This document shows positions 40,167 through 52,078 of a stretch of DNA of 64,000 nt, piece after piece. A program made the position numbers and the translations under genes. How positions within the stretch are numbered: position 1 is the stretch's first letter; each line of letters begins with the position of its first letter. This stretch comes from the human T2T-CHM13v2.0 reference genome, Homo sapiens. Under the pieces are notes generated by a model, which ran no database searches, was not told the DNA's origin, and saw only the letters and a list, made by a program, of their open reading frames with translations. The stretch lies in NCBI RefSeq assembly GCF_009914755.1, contig NC_060944.1; one strand, 5' to 3'.

Positions 40167-40789
40167 TGTCAGAGATGTTTGAACCAGAGCAGCTCCATCT
40201 TTAGCTGAGTAAAATGAGGCTGAGATCTGCTATGCTGGATTCCCAGGAAGTTAGGCATTCCTAGTCACAGGATGAGATAGGAAGTCAGCATAAGATACAG
40301 GTCATGAAGACCCTGCTGTTGCAACAGGATGCAATAAAGAAGCCAGCCAAAACCTGCCAACACCAAGATGGTGACGAAAGTCACCTCTGGTCCTCCCCAC
40401 TGCTCATTACATTTTTACAATGCATTAGCATGCTAACAGATATTCCCACTGGTGGCATGACAGTTTACAAATGCTATGGCAATGTCTGGAAGTTACCCTA
40501 TATAGTCTCAAAGTGGGAGGAACCCTCAGTTCTGGGAGTTCCCCACACCTTTACCAGAAAACTCATGAATAATCCACCCCTTGTTTAGCATGTAATCAAG
40601 AAATAACAATAAAAATAGGTAACAGCAGCCCTCGGGGCTGTTCTGTCTATGGAGTAGCCATTCTTTTATTCCTTTACTTTTGTGATAAACTTGCTTTCAC
40701 TTTACTCTGTCGACTTGCCCCAAATTCTTTCTTGCCCAGATTCAAGAACCCTCCCTTGGGGTCTGGATCGGGACCCCTTTCCAGTAACT
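40167..40789 (+). mobile_element. MER41 (B-like) ERV1 solo LTR inserted in a MIR
   Basis: TGTCAGAGATGTTTGAACCAGAGCAGCTCCATCTT start; GGGGTCTGGATCGGGACCCCTTTCCAGTAAC end; 4-bp TSD CAAC (40163-40166 and 40790-40793). Confidence 0.9.
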
Positions 40790-41397
40790 CAACAGCCTTG
40801 TGACATGATATTGTTTCTATTTTGTTGATGAAAATCAGACAAAGAAAGGTTCAGTAACTTGCCCAATGCCAAACAGCCTGTGGTGGTGTGAGGCACTAAA
40901 GACCTCCACATGACCTGTGAATGAGGCCACTGCCAGAGGCTAGCAATAGCCCTTTCAAAGTTTTCTAACTTTCCTTTTTAGATTAAAAAAAGTCAACTCT
41001 TTTTTGGTGGTTTTTGTTAACAAGGTCATGATGGAGTTACTAGCATAAATACTAAATACATTTTTAGGGGGATGCTCAGGTTCAAGACATCCCAACAAGA
41101 ACTTCCTGCAATCACGTGGTGAGATGTTTTTTTGCTAACCAGCATCATGGCATCCTTGGAACTTCGTGGGGATTACTAAGTGATGAAGCCGGTCTGCCTG
41201 CCCCTCCCTTGTCCCCTCAGACATTTACATGGGCTCCCCCTGATAACTGATTCAAACCTGAACTCTCCCATGCAGAGTTTAAGATCCTTCAAATCTTTGC
41301 CTCACTTTTCCTTCAACTCTGTGTCTGGTCCCTGCTGTGTCCAAGGGAGAACTTTCTGCTTGACCCTCTGAAGGTTCACTGAAAAAATCACTGATGT

Positions 41398-41679
41398 GGC
41401 CAGGGATGGCGGCTCATGCTTGTAATCCCAATGCTTTGGGAGGCTGAAGAGGGTGTATCCTGAGGTCAGGAGTTAGAGACCAGCCTGGCCAACATGGTGA
41501 AACCCCATCTCTACTAAAAGTAAAAAAATTAGCCAGACGTGGTGGCGCATGTCTGTAATCCCAGCTACTCAGGAGGCTGAGGCAGGAGAATCGCTTGAAT
41601 CCAGAGGCTGCAGTGAACTGAGATCACACAACTGCACTCCAGCCCAGGAAACAGAGCGAGACTCCGTCTCAGAAAAAAA
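41398..41679 (+). mobile_element. AluS (Sx-like)
   Basis: Alu dimer with a small right-arm deletion; TSD AAAAAATCACTGA(T/C)GT at 41382-41397 and 41680-41695. Confidence 0.95.
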
Positions 41680-41880
41680 AAAAAATCACTGACGTGAGGC
41701 AGATTGATTAATAAAAGACATACTAATTTTTTGAATGTGTATACACAGGAGCCTTCAGAATGAAGACCCAACCTCCCAATAAAGTATAGAGTCTTATCTA
41801 CCACCTTGAGGTTATAGAAAGAATGTGGGCTCAGAACGTGGCCCAAAACATGTTTTAGTGGCAAGGCAGGTTAAGGAAAG

Positions 41881-42258
41881 TGACGTGGTTTGACTGTATC
41901 CCCACCCAAATCTCATCTTGAACTGTAGTTCCCAAATCCTCCTGTTTTATGGGAGGGACCCGGTGGGAGGTAATTGAATCATGGTGGTGGTTACCCCCAT
42001 GCTGCTGTTCTCGTGATAGTGAATGAATTCTCATGAGATCTGATGGTTTTATAAGGGGCTTTTTCCCCTTTTGCTCAGCACTTCTCCTTACTGCTGCCAT
42101 GTGAAGAAGGACATGTTTGCTTTGCCTTCTGCCATGATTGTAAGTTTCCTGAGGCCTCCTCAGCCCTGTGGAACTGTGAGTCAATTAAACCTCTTTCCTT
42201 TATAAATTACTCAGTCTCAGATATGTCTTTATTAGCAACATGAGAATGAACTAATACA
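41881..42258 (+). mobile_element. THE1 (C/D-like) MaLR solo LTR
   Basis: TGACGTGGTTTGACTGTATCCCCACCCAAATCTCATCTTGAA...GAACTAATACA; near TSD GAAAG/GGAAG. Confidence 0.92.
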
Positions 42259-43228
42259 GGAAGGAAAAAGAGAGAGGCTTGACTAGCAAAGGTGGTCTTG
42301 TTATATAGATGAAGCCTTACAGGTAGAATTCCTTAGAGAGAATAGATGGAAAACTCTTCAGACTTAAAGGTGTCAGACTCTCAATCACTCCTAAATCTGG
42401 GAAAGTCCTAGAAAGAGAAGGCCTGGCTGCACTAATGAGGATTCTCTATGAATACAAATTTTCCCCACCTCAGTCTACTGGCCCTGCAGCAGCCATTTCA
42501 AAATATGTCAAGGAAATATATTTTGGGGTGAAATATTTTGATTTCCTTCACTGCCCAATGGTTGCCCTCTATTCTGAACAGGTAGAATCCTTACTTCCTC
42601 TGCAACCCCCCTCCACAATGTCCGCTTTGACTCTCTTTATCCTCCTCATCCTTCCAGGCCCGACCTAAGTCCTGTTTGGTCTGGTAAGCCATCCTGAGAG
42701 ATTCTCCTTTCTCGGATACTTAGTTTTCAAATGGCCCTGGAGTTTGAGGTTTCTGGGGAGTGTGTCTTAGAGGACGGGGAGACAGTGGGAGCAGAGTCCT
42801 TGCTTCTCACTCCAGCCGACACTAGAGCAGCCATAGTTTTTCTGTTTGATGCATAGGAACTCTGCTTCAGAAAAGCTCCCCATTTCTCATTTTGATGTTG
42901 TGTAAGCACCAGGGGGTGGTGGTGTCAGTAGGGCTCCTGAACATCAGGTTTTGGATAGAGGTGTTGGCTCAGGCCAGAAACATGCCACAGGTGACTGATC
43001 TATAAAAATCAGAATGCTAATTCATTAATTTAGCTTGGGAAATATAACACCAAGAGGAATGGAATGCCTTAGTCAGCCTGGCTAGGGCACTTGTTCCCTG
43101 AAAGCAAGCTAACTATCTGGGAAGTCAAATGATCTCCTGGGTATTTGTTGGAGACCACAGAAACAGAACCAGGTGTCATTTAGACTTAGCAATGTTTCTG
43201 AGCCAACGTAAATCCACACACTCTAAAC

Positions 43229-43408
43229 TAGTGGTCCTCAAATCTTAGTTTAGATCACAATCATGTTGATTTGGGTCCCACTCCCAGAGTGCAACATGTG
43301 TGTGTGGGGTGTGTGTATGTGTTTGAGAAGGATAAGAATGAGCATTTATAAGAAGTTCCCAGACGATGCTGTTGCTGTTGGTCTGGGGTCACACTTTGAG
43401 AAGCATTG
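43229..43408. mobile_element. MER5-type hAT fossil
   Basis: TAGTGGTCCTCAAA...CACACTTTGAGAAGCATTG terminal inverted ends. Confidence 0.6.
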
Positions 43409-44875
43409 CTCTCTTTCATTATAGGGAAACATAGTGCTTGTATGTACAAAGCCAATATCATCCCCTCTCCTCTGGGTATTCCTGATGGACCTTGTCAACT
43501 TTGAACTATTTTTTCACGTGATCTAAGATTTACTAGCTTGTAATTCCATTACCTTTCTTCAAACCTCTACATTGAGTCAATATAATGGATTATTTTCTCT
43601 TGACCACGTTACAATTGCACCTTAGACCTGCATCTCTGAAATTACTTCCAGTCCACCTATCTGCCTCAGAAGAGTGTTGGGTGTTCTCTAACTCCTTTGT
43701 TGCACACTTATACATTATCTTTTTTTCTCTCTCCCACTCCTTCCACATACACACACACACCCTGAGGGCTAAATCTTGCAGTATGCATATTTTACTAATT
43801 TTTGTGGGAAGCCATATTTCTTTTGGAGGAGAGATGTCCAGGTTTATTTTCCTTCATGTTTCTTTAATTCCATTTTCCCACCACAGCCAGTAGCCAGTAA
43901 ATGTGAACAATGATGCTCTTTTTCTGCCTATTTTTGTCATGAGGTAATAAAGTGGAAGACACTTGGTAGTAATTTACCACCGATAGTGATTTCCTGCCTA
44001 AAAATTCAACAAGAGCGTGAGTCACAGTGTCATGGACATATGAAAATAAGCTGTGACCCATATCTTGAGAGTAATTGGACCCAGGCTAATGAGGACCAAG
44101 TGGTTGTTGTACACAGCCTAAATGCAGTCATTGATGCTTTCTGCTTTGCTTCTATTATCTTTTAAGGCTTCCTGGATTGCTGACTCAGCTCCCCAGGGAA
44201 TCCAGGCAGAATTTAACTATGGGATCCATTATGGGAATGTTGGACTTGGGGGACTGGCGTAGATACAGCTGGTGACTATATTTTAAGATGAGATCAAATA
44301 CTCAAAATATTAGAGAAGAATTTTTATTTTTCAGTTTAATTGTTTTAAATGGTTTCCTCGAGCCCAGGCTAAAATTTTATCATATACTTACTTGGCATGT
44401 GGTTTTGGGTGACATTATAAGATCTCCAGTGTCAGTAAATATGATAAGGCAGGTAACTAGGACCCTAGGATCCTCTATTTCTCACTGGATGACCTTAGTT
44501 TAATGGGCATGGTATAGTAGATTGGGAGTGGAGATTTGTAGGCATTGTAGCAACCTTTTAGTTAAGATGTTCTGTGCAAATTGGTGTTTGTTCCAAGCCC
44601 AGACAACTAATTAGCTATGATTATTTTATCATTTTCTTGTGTTGTGAGAAGCCAAGAGGCTCTTCCTCTTTCTTCTTGTTTCTAATACACTGGGTAGTCA
44701 CTTCCTTCTTAATTCTTGCTCCCATCTCTTCTATCCTCACTCCTGTTTCCTGCCAGTCTTTGTGTTTTTCTACTCTCATTGCTCCTAAAGTGATCTGCCT
44801 GTCATATGGCACAGAAGACAATTAAGTGAAGCCAGCTTGGTGGGTGACAGGTGGATACTAGAAAATCAATCAAGT

Positions 44876-45505
44876 TGGGGTGGATTTGTACTGTGTCAAC
44901 TTGGCATGACTGAAATTGCATTCCTCAGAATTTCCTTCCTTGCATGGTTCTGAGTTAAAATGAGACACAAGAGACATTTTGTGAAAGATTTGGAAGGCAA
45001 AAGTGAAGCAACAGCCAAATTATTTTTATCCTTGGGAGGTCTATGGATGGCACCTGGAGCAGTTGCCACTCATGCATGCCATCATTTATCCACAGGCTCG
45101 TCCTCATGGCTGGTCCTGTAGCTCCTATGGCTCCTGTGGATCCTCCCTCAGCTGCCCCACCTCCTGGACCCGGTGAGAGTCCAGTTCCATAATGAGTGAA
45201 GTCCGGCAGGACACACTGTCATCGAAGGTGGAGGTTTGAAAGAGATGAGAGAGTAATATGGGTTTGATCTATCTCTGAGGATTCTAGCCCATCCTTGCTG
45301 GTTCCAGTTTGTCTTTGCTCTCCCCACTCCACATCCATGCTTTCTTTCTGATTGCTGACCCTGCTGACTTTAGATGTTAGCAACAGGTGCAGAAAGTATA
45401 GGCTTGTATAGGCTGTTTAACTAGCTCCCACCATTGTGTAAATCAAATCTCTGTAATATATCCCTTATTAGCTATCTCCTGGTGGTTCAGCTTCCTTTAT
45501 CAAAG
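44876..45505 (+). mobile_element. MLT2E/F-like ERVL LTR
   Basis: GTGGATTTGTACTGTGTCAACTTGGC start; AGATTTGGAAGGCAAAAGTGAAGCAACAGCC. Confidence 0.6.
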
Positions 45506-45770
45506 AATCATGTGTAGGATCTCCGGTTGGAATCAATCCATGGGGAATTCAGCCACTGGATTTTGAGATTGTCAAGCACCCAATGGCTATTGTGGGAGCT
45601 AATTTGGGATGTCCAAGTATCTGAATCTGAATGAGAAACTAGACATTAGTGACAGATTCCACTGACAGGCATTCTTTGCAAATCAATCCTGGGAGGACAG
45701 TTCCTAGGTCCTGCTAAGCCACTCTGCAAATTGGCTTTAAGACTCAGGACATTTTAACAATGGAGGAATA

Positions 45771-46080
<310 letters not shown>

Positions 46081-46972
46081 TCAATGGATTGCATCTTAGG
46101 TCTGGAAACTTCAATAAGGTAGATGCTATTTGTGAAGCTGTTTTTTGTTTTTCTTTTGAGCCCCTTTCCTCCCTTCCCCATTTTTCAGTTTTGTTAATGT
46201 AAAAGAATAGACAGGAAGAGAAAAATAAGTTACTTTTGCTGTTGCGTTTCTCCCTCCCCTCTCTCTCTCTCCCCCTCCACATTACTCATCAATTCACAGT
46301 CCCAAAGCATAGGCCTGCAACCATTAAATGTGGATATTGCTTCAGTGTTAGGAAAGCTGTCAATGTTGGAGAAAGAATGCAACTGTTAATGTTTGTGTAA
46401 TTCCATCTTGCACTTGGGCGGTTGCTTGGTACAATAATATTTCTGACTTCTCTTTGATCCTCCTCTCTCTACCTAGTCTCATACTTATGGCTTTTTCTAA
46501 AGAAGTAACTAGATAAAGAAAATTGTATTTTAAAGCCAATTCTTCCTTCCATCCTTCCCTGACCTCCTGAGTTTCATGTTTTGGGAGAAAAGCATTTTTT
46601 GAGCCATGGTTTAAGATTAAATTATATGCCCTCAATTCACCTTTATAATTCAGAAAAGCCCAATACAAAAAGATCCCCAGAATTCTTCTATTCTAAGGGG
46701 GAAATTTGACTCTTAAGCTTATTTGTAAGTTTAGGTTACGAAAAGCCACTTCAAAGCATTGGAAATGGCACGAACTGACAAGGTTGAAACATATAGTTAT
46801 ATGGTTCTGCTTCATTGCCTTATTTCTTTCCTCAGAGCTATTGTAGACAAAACCAAGCAGAAGGTATAGTGTTTCTGATACTCTCTGCTTCTGGACCCCG
46901 CTTTAGGCAGATGACCCTATTACCTCAGCCATTATCACATCTTTTTGTAGGGCTCAGTTAATAATAAATAAA

Positions 46973-47091
46973 AAACCCAGCAAATGTCTAGCATTTTAGA
47001 ATTTACAGGGTGCCTTTAAATGTATCATCTCATTTAACTCTTACAAAACTTTATGGGGATGGTATTATTAATCCTATTATGCCAATAAAGT
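46973..47091 (+). repeat. 119-bp direct duplicate of 50633-50751
   Basis: 116/119 identical, offset 3660 bp. Confidence 0.95.
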
Positions 47092-47494
47092 AAGTACTAA
47101 AATAGGAAACATTGACCACCATATTTCTGGGCAGCGGGGTGGGGAGGAGTGGAAGGGGTTTGAATGTGAGGGTTTAAGCTTTAACAAGAGTACTTCAGGT
47201 TTCACCTGAATGTTTGGGGAAATATCTTTCTGTAGATTCAGGTCCTTTTCTCTATCACCAAAATAAATTCCATAAGATAAATAACAGCGCCACTTGTGAC
47301 AAGATATCTTCTGCCTTCTTTCCTTAATTTTTCAGCTACACAAAGAGTCTCAATGGTAGAAGTAGGAGATTCACCAGCCCTGAGTTTGTGATAATCTCGG
47401 GATTGGGGACAAGAGAGAGGATAACTTATGTGTCTAAGCCATACCTCCTGAATGTGGTCTAGAACATGCTTTCTCTTCCCTGCATGTGTCAGTG

Positions 47495-47740
47495 TTAAAT
47501 TTGCCACTCCTTTGGCATTTCTCCCATTAAGAGGTGGAATCTATTTCTCCTCCCCTTTAATCTGGGTGAGCTTGTGACTTCTTTAATTAACGGAGTACAG
47601 AAAAGTAACAATATTGTACTTTTGAGGCTAGGTCACAAAAGGCTATAAAATTTTCATTTTGGTTTCTAGGAATGCTCTCTTTTGGAGAGCTGTGCAACTC
47701 TGAGGCCACCATCCTACAAGGAAGCTCAAGTCACATGTAT
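47495..47740 (+). mobile_element. MLT1 (F/G-like) LTR 5' part
   Basis: CTCCCATTAAGAGGTGGAATCTATTTCTCCTCCCCTT...TGAGGCTAGGTCACAAAAGGC. Confidence 0.6.
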
Positions 47741-48120
47741 GTGTACAAGATGTCATTTAAACCTCATCTAGGATGATAGAACACATAAGTGGGTCCAGAT
47801 CACATTCTAGAGTACCAGCTATAGTGAATTTCTTCACTTCTTAGATTGCTCATAAAGGGAAGGCTGAAATGAGAATCACTTTTTGAGCTTAAGAAAAAGC
47901 CATTTCCTCTATCTACCTACCTACCTACCTACCTATCAAAAATTCTATCTATAGAATTACTAGAGCAGGGGGAATTACATTAGATGTTAGAGGATAATTG
48001 GATAGTACCATGATAGTGGATTTGGGCTAGTTGTCATTTGAATTGGGAAAGAGAGCTACAGGGAGGTTTTTGGACATTTTCTGCATGTCTTTTTGGCCAT
48101 ACCATATTATATTTAGGCAA

Positions 48121-48552
48121 TGTATTAGAGTTCCCTAGAGTAACAAAATAGTAGGAGATATACATGAGTTTATTAAGTAGTATTAACTCACATGATCACA
48201 AAGTCCCACAATAGGCTGTCTGCAAGCTGAGGAGTAAGGAAGCCAGTCCAAGTCCCAAAGGTGAAGAACTTGGATTTCGATGTTTGAGGGCAGGAAGCAT
48301 CCAGAATGGGAGAAAGATGTAGCCTGGGAGGCTAAGCTGGTCTAGCCTGTTCATGTTTTCTGCCTGCTTTATATTCTAGCCACACTGGTAGCTGATTAGA
48401 TGGTACACAGCCAGATTAAGGGTGGGTCTGCCTTTCCCAGCCCACTGATTCAAATGTTAATCACCTTTCACAACACCCTCACAGACACACCCAGGATCAA
48501 TACTATGCATCCTTCAATCCAATCAAGTTGACGCTCAGTATTAACCATCACA
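48121..48552 (-). mobile_element. MLT2A ERVL solo LTR
   Basis: TGTATTAG...CAATCCAATCAAGTTGACGCTCAGTATTAACCATCACA; perfect 5-bp TSD GGCAA (48116-48120 and 48553-48557). Confidence 0.92.
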
Positions 48553-49180
48553 GGCAACAAAAGCAATAGCCCAGTTTTGGCTGACTTATTAGGATTAAAG
48601 ATTTTCAGCAGAGTTTCCTTGGTTGCTACCACTGAAGACAAGGCCATGGAATAAATCCACTTTAAAAGAAAGCCACCTTTTCATTATATACTTTGTAAGG
48701 TGATGGCAGGTGGTGCAGTGTTTCTCTGAACATCCTTAACCAAGTATCTGACATGCTGATGTGTTATGATTAGTTATGAGAAGGAAGTTGAATTGTAGCT
48801 TTAACTTGGGGAAGTATGAAAAACTCAAGCTTCTTATTTGGGTGTGGCTGTATCCCACAATCTCTGTATACCATGTGAGGATTCTCACTCAAATACCTGT
48901 TTGAGGTATATGAGGTGGAAAAGAGTTTGAGAATCCCTGTGATGTATAAGTTATCCTTGTTTGCATTGTGTATTTTGGTCTTATTTATTACTTATTGCTC
49001 ACTCCAGATGTCTTGTATCTACTTAACAAGGCTGGAAGAGAGAAGGAGACATGTATCATGCCCACTAATGCTCCTCTCTCCAAAGGTAGCCTGCGTTCCT
49101 ACTTCCTTCACCATAGATTAGCTTTGTCTGCTTTTGAACTTATCATAAATGGACTCATTTAGTACACGCTGTTTTTTTGA

Positions 49181-49549
<369 letters not shown>

Positions 49550-50624
49550 TGATTATATTAGAAAGGAGTATCCCAATTTAGCTTTCAGTTCCTTTTTTCC
49601 TTCTTGCCTCCCTGAGCCCGTGGGCAGCTCCAGTCACTAAGGAGATTGGGTTGCTGTGTGGGGGTAGCCATTGTTAATGTCTTGTGCCATTACTTGTGGG
49701 ATTAGCCATTAACAAGATAAAGCACAGAATATGATTTGAAGGAACAGACTTCCTCCAAATTAGCTGGCTCAGGACTTTTCTGAAAACATAAGTCAACTTG
49801 GTCACATAAGCAGGGCCTGGCTTGGCCTATGGGGCAGCACACTCTTACTTGCCTGGTGGACCAGGCTGTCCGCGTTCTTTTGGCTGGAGCAGAGGCAGCA
49901 ACGGTGTGAGATGGCCAGCATCCTGGCAGTTTGACCTGATTGGATGAGGTTCCCTAACTCTGGAAAGTGATTTCCAGAGGATGGAAGACCACCCTGTAAA
50001 TAGTCCACTGCCCTTTAGCTTTCCTATGCCTGGGAGTGCTGGGGCTCAAAAGACATCAGAAATTTATTGTCTTTTGGAAAGCTGGGTTTGTAATGAAGAA
50101 GAAATTTTGTTGTTCTTTTTGTGTAATTATACAGTGTGTAATCTCTGGATATATCCTTTCAAGGGTATTAATTATAAGTCTGTAAAGAAGAGGTATGAGG
50201 GAGCAAGCTGACTCCCAGACACTCTGAAAACCAAAATTGGATCAAACCAACCCATCTGTGTGCATAAAAAAGTGGCCACCTTGGCACACTCTGTCAAAGC
50301 TCAGGATGCTCTATTTTAATAGCTTATTTTGACCTAAAATAGTTTTTCCTTTAAACATAAACTTTTATTTGGGCTTTTCAAATTTCCTGCTTTTTCTATG
50401 TATGCAAGTATCCTTAGAGTCAATCTTGTATGTGCTTAAGGAGTGCACAGGTTAAAATAAAAATTCTACTGATATATTCATCTATTTTCTACTGTAATCA
50501 GAATGGCAGGTGCCATGATTTAGGATTTTTTTGGTTTCACCATTTAAATAAAAGTATAAAACACTTAAATAATACAAATAATAGTGGGAAAGGGACACAA
50601 TTCCTTCTCTATATGCTTGAGCAT

Positions 50625-50860
50625 AGAATAATAAACCCAGCAAATGTCTAGCATTTTAGAATTTACAGGGTACCTTTAAATGTATCATCTCATTTAACTC
50701 TCACAAAACTTTATGGGGATGGTATTATTAATCCTATTATGTCAATAAAGTGACTGAAATTCAGAGAAGTTAAATGACTTGCTTAAGGGTCTTTTAGCTA
50801 ACTGATAGACTTGAGATGAAAACTATGGTGTTATGAGACCAAAGACTGTGCAACACCACA
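50625..50860 (-). mobile_element. MIR (parent of the 46973-47091 copy)
   Basis: ATCTCATTTAACTCTCACAA...GGTATTATTAATCCTATT...ACTGAAATTCAGAGAAGTTAAATGACTTGC. Confidence 0.7.
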
Positions 50861-51924
50861 CATCCTGTCTTAAAATACAGATAGTCCTCATTGCACATAC
50901 AGTCTTTCTCTGTATTACACACAATGTGCCACTTTGCTTATGATTATCTGGGTATACTGAATTTGAAATTGAACATGCCTTCCTTGAAAGCAGGGATCTT
51001 GCATTATATTTGGTGGTTCACCCTCAGAGTTCAAAATAAATATTTGTTGAATGAGTCAGCACAGTATTTCTCTTCTAGTCTTCTTCCTTAACCTATGTCC
51101 ATGGCAATTACACAAAATAGAGCATGTTTCTGTCTTCCTGCATCACCCCAGGTGGTAGCTTATTGAGCTGTTTACTAAAAGACAAAAGCAGGTTCTAGTT
51201 GCCAGATAATTTTTTGGTGATTAAGTAGGAAGCTTGCTGACTTTAGACCTATTATTATTTTTTTCTTTTAGCAAAAGTAGTTTTACCTTAATGATCTTGT
51301 CCTAAATAGATTGAAATAATATATTTTGATGTAAGTAATGTATATAGTAAATAATGAAATAATATTTGAATTCTAAAAGCCTGATTTTGAAGAACTAGCA
51401 AATTTACCTTTGCTTGTAGTCCTAGTACAGAGAAAGCTTTTTTCTGCTCTTTAATACTATTTTATCTGCTATTCAATGCTATATTGTAAAATAATATGTT
51501 TTTAGTGCTATTTCTGGATCTCTTAATTTTAGGCTGTTTCTGTTGGCTAGCTATTATGGAGGCTGATGTTTTCTTCTTCTTGACACCATCATATCCATTT
51601 CTTTGGGCAAGATCTTCCTATTATGGTTTTACAAATGTTGGTGAATTTGTTAAATCAGGATTTTTATTATGTTAATATTATTTACTGCTGAGGCAATAAG
51701 TGTATGGTGTTTATATTTCCTTTCACATCAAACTTTTCTCTGTAGAATTAATAATTATCTCTCTTTCTCTTTTATCATTTGCCTAATTATACAGGTGTCC
51801 AATATAATGCCTCATCAATTATTGCCTAGCATTATGTTTTTCTCTTTCTTGATTTATTATCTCATTTTAATGAAGTACATCTTCCACTGTCTTTCTTAAG
51901 AAGGTATATGGAGGACACTATTAT

Positions 51925-52078
51925 GAGATCTTGCTAAGATTCAGATTCTGATTTAATAGAGCTGGGTGGCACCTTAGAATCTGTATTTCTAACTAGTTCC
52001 TACTCCACTTGCTCCACTTTGGCCATTGGGGTTACCAACGTTGTTGGTTTGTGGACCACTCTTTGGGTAGCAAGTTCT
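51925..52078. mobile_element. MER5-type fossil
   Basis: CAGATTCTGATTTAATAG...GAATCTGTATTTCTAAC...GGACCACTCTTTGGGTAGCA. Confidence 0.55.

Larger units (their letters stand above)
41336..42550 (-). mobile_element. MER39/MER34-group ERV1 solo LTR carrying nested Alu and THE1
   Basis: Ends AAATATATTTTGGGGTGAAATATTTTGATTTCCTTCA; 4-bp TSD CTGC at 41332-41335 and 42551-42554. Confidence 0.75.
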
